DNA from: Patescibacteria group bacterium
Lineage (GTDB): Bacteria > Patescibacteriota > Microgenomatia > UBA1400 > PJMF01
NCBI GenBank assembly: GCA_049322655.1
Contig: JBMORP010000002.1
Coordinates: forward strand, 32,923 to 96,922
Length of the DNA: 64,000 nucleotides
Direction: 5' to 3'
A program made the position numbers and the translations under genes. The notes under the pieces were generated by a model. It did not search any database, was not told the DNA's origin, and saw nothing but the letters and a program-made list of their open reading frames with translations. This document shows positions 58,719 through 64,000 of this stretch, one piece after another (the first letter of the stretch is position 1; each line of letters begins with the position of its first letter).

Positions 58719-60776
58719 TTAGTTCAGTTTAATAATAAAAGTTCCATCTTTTGCATAGACCAGTTCTCCTAGAGTGAGAAGATCATTTGTTTTTAAGCTT
58801 TTATAAACTTCTTTTTCTTGACTACCAATAAAGATATATTTTACCTGATAATGCTTAAATAAAGCTTGGGCTTCAGTTGAAAGAGGCTCTTCAAACATAG
58901 TCTTAACCTCAGTGGTTCTTTGACCCGGAATAGCAAAACCACCTCGCCATAACCATTCATGAACGCGCCAACCCAAAACAGTGGGCAACCCAGTAAAAAC
59001 AGACACTCGAGCTTTTTTACTGTAACTTTCCCCAACAGCCTCCAACACAATTGCCTTATCATCGAGTTGTCTCATCCATAAAATAGCTTGGTAATCAGCT
59101 GGGTAGCTCTTTTTCATCCAATCCAAACCATTCCAGCCCTTATAGTTTTTAAATTCTCCATAGTAGCTTGGGTAACCAAGAAAAGGATAAGTCATAAAAC
59201 CAGCAATCACCAACAAAAATAAACTCAATAGAAAAACTTTAACCAACTTAGCTAAGTTAGTTTTGTTGAGAATTTGAGTCAATAGTCCCAAACCAAAAGC
59301 GACCAAGAAACTCATGATTATAAAAGCCTGAAAAGTAAATTTAAACATGGTATTAGCCCGAGGATGATTGGGATAAATATCTTTAAAAAAGATTACCTCA
59401 GGCAAAATCAACAAAATCAAAGCAGTGGCTAATAAACTAGCTATAAATACTTTTTGCGGATTTTTTTCTTGATCTTTAAAAACTAAATAAACCAGCCCAA
59501 CACTAAGTAAACTTAGCCCAAAATGGCCACTCCACAGAGCTAATAATTGCCAAAAGGGAGAGTGTTCATAAGCCAACAATACTCCTTCAGAGATCGAAGT
59601 AAAATTCAGCCACCATAAACTAGCTGTAGCTCCAGCAAAAACTACAGCTACAAAACCAGCAATAAAAAATAACCAAAATTTTTCAGTGAATAAAATCAAA
59701 AGTGAAAAACCCAAAACTACTAATAAAAGACCATAAATCATCATGTCCCAAGTACTAGTCATAGCTAGTACACCCAAAAGAATTCCTAAAATAGCAGCTT
59801 CTTTTAACCACTGTTGACTGACTAAGTTTTTCCAAGTTAGTTTTTTGTTTAATTTAGCCTGTTGAATTGTTTCCATCCAGCGCCAACAAACCAGCATCAT
59901 TAACAACACCACTGGCATTCCCCAAACATGAGCATGCAGATCACTGACGATATAACTGTAGGCTGGAAACTCATGAATAGTACGATCAATAAATCTAGTT
60001 GCATCTGGATACCAATATTTATCAAAAGAAAAGTTATGTTGGATAAAATACCAAATTGGATGAGTGTTACCACCAAAGTTAACTAATAACAAACCAACCA
60101 AACCCGTTATGAGTAAAACTAAACTCTGATTTTTTTTCTTTAAAAAAGGTGTCAAAAAAATTCTTACCAAAGCAAAACTCTCAACCACCATTAAACCTAA
60201 AATAAAAGCTAATAAAAAATTATAACCAAACTCAACCGGTAAATGCCAAAAACGAATGATTAAACTACCTAAAAAATGACCAAAAGTATAATAGTTAACT
60301 TTCTCTCCAGCTAACCACATATCTTCAACTGGCAAACTGGCTGAAGTGAGATAACTCTGCATCAAACCAGCATCCATAAATTTTTCTAGATCCAACACAT
60401 CTGGGTTATAAGCTCTCACTAAACCAAGAAAAATAAACCCAAGTAAAAAAATTAATTCTTGAAAAATGATAATTTTTCGATGTTTTTTTAGAAAAGATCT
60501 AAATTGATTAATAATGTTTAACTTACTGAAAAATAACCAACCAACAAAACCAGTAAATACTAACCAAAAACCAAGATCACTATTAACTCCAATAAAATGA
60601 GCCGTAAACCAAATTACCAAGCCCAGCGCCAACCAGCCAACAATTCTACCAAAAGCCCAAAGATTCTCATTTAACTGTTTTTTTTGTGAAAAAATTAAGA
60701 TTAAACCAAAACCAATTACTTGAATTAAAAGCGTAGCACAAGCTAAAAAAAGCAAATAAATAATACTTGAAAACAT
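58719..60776 (-). CDS. DUF2298 (YYY) membrane protein, GT-C-like
   Basis: EKFMD, DMWLAG..NYY.FGH, IHEFP, DLHAH, RANTMFKF, GLPTVLGW. Confidence 0.85.
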   Translation of the reverse strand: MFSSIIYLLFLACATLLIQVIGFGLILIFSQKKQLNENLWAFGRIVGWLALGLVIWFTAHFIGVNSDLGFWLVFTGFVGWLFFSKLNIINQFRSFLKKHRKIIIFQELIFLLGFIFLGLVRAYNPDVLDLEKFMDAGLMQSYLTSASLPVEDMWLAGEKVNYYTFGHFLGSLIIRFWHLPVEFGYNFLLAFILGLMVVESFALVRIFLTPFLKKKNQSLVLLITGLVGLLLVNFGGNTHPIWYFIQHNFSFDKYWYPDATRFIDRTIHEFPAYSYIVSDLHAHVWGMPVVLLMMLVCWRWMETIQQAKLNKKLTWKNLVSQQWLKEAAILGILLGVLAMTSTWDMMIYGLLLVVLGFSLLILFTEKFWLFFIAGFVAVVFAGATASLWWLNFTSISEGVLLAYEHSPFWQLLALWSGHFGLSLLSVGLVYLVFKDQEKNPQKVFIASLLATALILLILPEVIFFKDIYPNHPRANTMFKFTFQAFIIMSFLVAFGLGLLTQILNKTNLAKLVKVFLLSLFLLVIAGFMTYPFLGYPSYYGEFKNYKGWNGLDWMKKSYPADYQAILWMRQLDDKAIVLEAVGESYSKKARVSVFTGLPTVLGWRVHEWLWRGGFAIPGQRTTEVKTMFEEPLSTEAQALFKHYQVKYIFIGSQEKEVYKSLKTNDLLTLGELVYAKDGTFIIKLN

Positions 60777-60841
60777 AAGCTTAAATATACCAAAACTAAC
60801 TCTAAAAACCTAAGAGAAAAAACCTGTATGAATTGCTTATA

Positions 60842-62527
60842 ATGGTGACTGTGAAAAAAATTTTATCTGTTCTGACTATCTTGTTCTTGGGTCTGGCCAT
60901 TAGATTGGTTGGAATTAATTGGGATCAAGGCAGCTTTTTGCATCCAGATGAGAGATTTTTGGTCATGGTTGTAGAATCACTCAACATTCCTGATTCTTTT
61001 TCTGCTTATTTGTCAATCGATTCACCACTACAAGTTAGAAATACTTCATATTCTTTTTATGTTTATGGTTCATTTCCAGTGGTTTTAACCAAACTTATTA
61101 GCCATTTTTTAATTGATCAGCCTAGTTTTGCCAGCATTACTAATTTGGGCAGGTATCTAACTATTATTTTGGAAACCCTCAATATTCTCTTAGTTTACAA
61201 ACTAGCTGAATTTATTACTAAAAAACACCAACTATCTTTTAAATTACCACTCTGGAGTAGTCTATTTTATGCCTTTTCTGTTTTACCAATTCAACTTTCC
61301 CATTTTTATACAGTTGATCCATTTCTAACTTTTTTTTGTTTATTAGCTCTGCTACTTATAACTAAAATAACTAAAAAACGGGGAGTATTTTATTTGATAG
61401 CAGCTGGAGTTAGTTTTGGTTTGGCGTTGGCTAGTAAGCTATCAGCTGTTTTCTTTTCACCTTTGCTTGGATTTTTCATGATTAGTTTAGTTTTTCATCC
61501 TCAACAAAAAACTAAAACCATTGGTCAATTAATCAGTTATGGACTGCTTTTTTCTTTGGCAACATATTTAAGTTTAAGACTATTTAATCCCGAATATTTT
61601 GCTTTTGCTTCCTGGTTAAAACCAACCATCTCTCCACAACTAATCAGGAACTTAGATGTTCTGAAATCTTGGACCAACTCAACAGCCAATTATCCTCCCT
61701 CAATGCAGTGGCTAGAAAGAACTCAAGTTTTATTTAGTTTGAAAAATATTTTCTTTTTCGGTTTGGGCATTTGGCAAAGCACGTTTATCTTAATTGGTCT
61801 TTACTGGATAATCAGCAAAAAAATCAAATCACTCTTGGGAATTGTCGTTAGTTGGTTGGTTGGTTTTATTATTTTTCAAGGATTTCAATTTGTACAAAGT
61901 CTTCGCTATTTTTATTTTCTCTATCCTTGGTTTGCGATCATCGGGGCTATCGGGATTAGTTGGCTTCAACAAGTAAAAAAAATCAAAAATAATCTATTTG
62001 TTTTTAACTTATTATTTATTTCACTAATTTTATTATGGCCGCTAATGTTTTTAAAAATATTTTTAGTCGATCATTCCAGAGTTAGTGCCACCTATTGGAT
62101 CAGAGAAAATATTGATCCTCAAAAAAAAATTATTTATGAATATTGGGACGACGCCCTGCCTTTGGGCTATGCTCCAGGAAAACATGTTGCTTACCAAACA
62201 GAACCAATCTCTATTTTTGACCAAGATAGTGACCAAAAATGGCAGAAAATTAACCAACAATTAGAAACAGCAGATTTTTATATTTTATCCTCTAATCGAG
62301 GTTGGGCCAGTCTATCTAGACTACCTGATAAATATCCCACCACTGCTCAATTTTACCAAGATCTATTTGCAGGTAGGACTAATTATTACTTTGAAAAATC
62401 TTTCCAAACTAAACCATCTCTAGATTGGCTAGGTATCAACTTAACACTTGATGACGGCTGGGCAGAGGAGGCCTTTACTGTTTATGACCACCCAACTGTT
62501 TTAATTTTCAAGAAAAAATTAGATTAA
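60842..62527 (+). CDS. GT-C (ArnT/PMT-like) membrane glycosyltransferase
   Basis: HPDERF acidic loop, YGSFP, QLSHFYTVD, EAFTVYDHP. Confidence 0.85.
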   Translation: MVTVKKILSVLTILFLGLAIRLVGINWDQGSFLHPDERFLVMVVESLNIPDSFSAYLSIDSPLQVRNTSYSFYVYGSFPVVLTKLISHFLIDQPSFASITNLGRYLTIILETLNILLVYKLAEFITKKHQLSFKLPLWSSLFYAFSVLPIQLSHFYTVDPFLTFFCLLALLLITKITKKRGVFYLIAAGVSFGLALASKLSAVFFSPLLGFFMISLVFHPQQKTKTIGQLISYGLLFSLATYLSLRLFNPEYFAFASWLKPTISPQLIRNLDVLKSWTNSTANYPPSMQWLERTQVLFSLKNIFFFGLGIWQSTFILIGLYWIISKKIKSLLGIVVSWLVGFIIFQGFQFVQSLRYFYFLYPWFAIIGAIGISWLQQVKKIKNNLFVFNLLFISLILLWPLMFLKIFLVDHSRVSATYWIRENIDPQKKIIYEYWDDALPLGYAPGKHVAYQTEPISIFDQDSDQKWQKINQQLETADFYILSSNRGWASLSRLPDKYPTTAQFYQDLFAGRTNYYFEKSFQTKPSLDWLGINLTLDDGWAEEAFTVYDHPTVLIFKKKLD

Positions 62528-62560
62528 GAATAAAAATATTTAACTGCAGCATGAATTAAT

Positions 62561-63688
62561 TTAAGCTAACCAGTCTTCTAAAGCCTTGAAATTTTGGGCA
62601 AAAGCAAAATAGTTTTTTACTGCTGGTAAAAATCTCTGATAACTCTTTTTTTGTTTGGCAAACAATAAAATTTTCTCTGCTAAATCAGTAACATTATTTG
62701 CTTCAGCAACTTCACCAAACTTTGTTTGTTTAACTACATCTCTGCCACCAATAATATTAGTCACAATCACTGGTTTCTCATATCTCATCGCCTCAGCTTG
62801 AACCAAACCAAAACAATCAGATCTAGAAGGCATCACTAGGGCATCAAGACTGTTATAAAAAGATTCTAATTCTTCTCCGGCTAATAAACCCAAAAAACTA
62901 ATTTGCTGCTTCACTTGTTCATAGAGTTGCTGATGTTGGTGAAAAAAATCTTCATAACCCATATTTTTCTCACCGGCAAAAACAAAATGAAGACCAGGGT
63001 TTTTTTGGTTAACTAAAGGAATAGCCTTAAATAAATTATCAAAACCTTTTTCTTCAACAAATCTTCCAGAAAGACCAATAATAGTGGAGTATTTTTTTCT
63101 TAAAGCAACGATTTTTTTTAATTTTTTATTGGTTTTTTTAATCATAGGGAATGGAATTATAAAATTGCTAGTTTTACTAGGAAAAAATTTTAATAATCGA
63201 GAATGCTGTGCATAATCTTTGGTATAAGTAGCCAAACCATCAGCCAAAACAAAAGCCATCAAGCTTGAAATATTAAAAATGCCTTCAATGATTTTATTAA
63301 AAAGTCCTGTTGGTAAAATTAAATCCCCTTGATGAAAAACATAAACTCTTTTAGCAAAAAGTTTGGCCAAAATTGTCAACGGTAAAATAAAGGTAAATGG
63401 AGAATTGATCACTACATAATCATGTTTATCTAAGAGTTGCAGATACTTCAGTAAAATAGCAGGAGCAAACTTGGCCCGACTAACCGACCACCAAAAACTA
63501 ACTCGATAAACAGCGTGCTTATTAATTTTTTCCTGGCTAGCTAAATTTTTTTGATGAGCAATAGTTAAAACTGAACAACTATTTTTTTTGTCCAAAGCAG
63601 AAACAATTAAGTTAAGAGATTTAGATAAACCTGTCCAATGAGGCAAATAATAATCAGTAATAAATAGTATTTTTTTATTATTAATCAT
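62561..63688 (-). CDS. GT4 glycosyltransferase (start ATG 63688)
   Basis: YYLPHWTG, GRFVEEKG, DCFGLVQAEAM. Confidence 0.9.
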   Translation of the reverse strand: MINNKKILFITDYYLPHWTGLSKSLNLIVSALDKKNSCSVLTIAHQKNLASQEKINKHAVYRVSFWWSVSRAKFAPAILLKYLQLLDKHDYVVINSPFTFILPLTILAKLFAKRVYVFHQGDLILPTGLFNKIIEGIFNISSLMAFVLADGLATYTKDYAQHSRLLKFFPSKTSNFIIPFPMIKKTNKKLKKIVALRKKYSTIIGLSGRFVEEKGFDNLFKAIPLVNQKNPGLHFVFAGEKNMGYEDFFHQHQQLYEQVKQQISFLGLLAGEELESFYNSLDALVMPSRSDCFGLVQAEAMRYEKPVIVTNIIGGRDVVKQTKFGEVAEANNVTDLAEKILLFAKQKKSYQRFLPAVKNYFAFAQNFKALEDWLA

Positions 63689-64000
63689 TAAGCTGCTTAA
63701 TAAAATCTGCCAATAAAAAGAATTTCCTTGGAAAATCAATTTTTCTATCTAGTAAGTTAGTAATCCAAACAAGCTTGGTCCTTAATTTTTTTTGTGAAAG
63801 ATAATTCACAATATCCCAATTATCCTCAACAAAGTAATCCAAACCCAAGTCTCGAATTTTTCTTTCTTTAAATAAGTGTGGTTGTTCATCTTGTTCATTC
63901 ATAAATGACCGTTTAAAAATCTTCTTTCGAGCAAATTTTTTAAACCACACCTGAGTATCAGCCTGCAAATGAGCAAATCTGCCTGTAATAATATAAGCCT
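63681..64000 (-). CDS. 3' part of a HAD-like hydrolase running in from the right edge
   Basis: YIITGR ... K ... YFVEDN match HAD motifs II-IV; the 5' end lies outside the window. Confidence 0.55.
   Translation of the reverse strand, partial: AYIITGRFAHLQADTQVWFKKFARKKIFKRSFMNEQDEQPHLFKERKIRDLGLDYFVEDNWDIVNYLSQKKLRTKLVWITNLLDRKIDFPRKFFLLADFIKQLND

Overview
AT-rich bacterial chromosome segment in standard code 11, most likely Patescibacteria/CPR of the Microgenomates type. This is inferred from 16S signatures (GTGCCAGAAGCCTCGG and ATTAGAGACCC variants, an extended helix 26) and gene content. It is mostly housekeeping: DNA repair (mutS, mutL, uvrA/B/C, alkD, the end of a probable RecQ), tRNA modification (Elp3, a Trm9-like methyltransferase, mnmA, truB), fermentation (pyk, 2-oxoacid:ferredoxin oxidoreductase, flavodoxin, pflB/pflA, ADP-forming acetate-CoA ligase, a CoaD-CoaE fusion), proteostasis (clpB, lon, cyclophilin), a stand-alone 16S rRNA gene, four tRNAs and surface/glycosylation genes. 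Best leads: (1) an Elp3 + Trm9-like + tRNA-Gln(UUG) cluster, with mnmA and tRNA-Arg(UCU) elsewhere in the window, suggesting a eukaryote/archaeal-type mcm5(s2)U34 wobble pathway in a bacterium; (2) a ~155-bp dispersed non-coding element starting with a CIRCE-like operator, in two inverted copies plus a partial third; (3) a self-contained GC-rich cassette with a highly structured ~250-nt leader and an ORF split by one in-frame TAA; (4) a 7TM / ATP-grasp / DUF1704 peptidase operon resembling a peptide-tag writer-eraser system; (5) a small hairpin element duplicating the tRNA-Gln 3' end; (6) pervasive leaderless gene starts and a dual-coding transglutaminase/uvrC overlap. All family calls come from motif recognition by eye, with no database searches.
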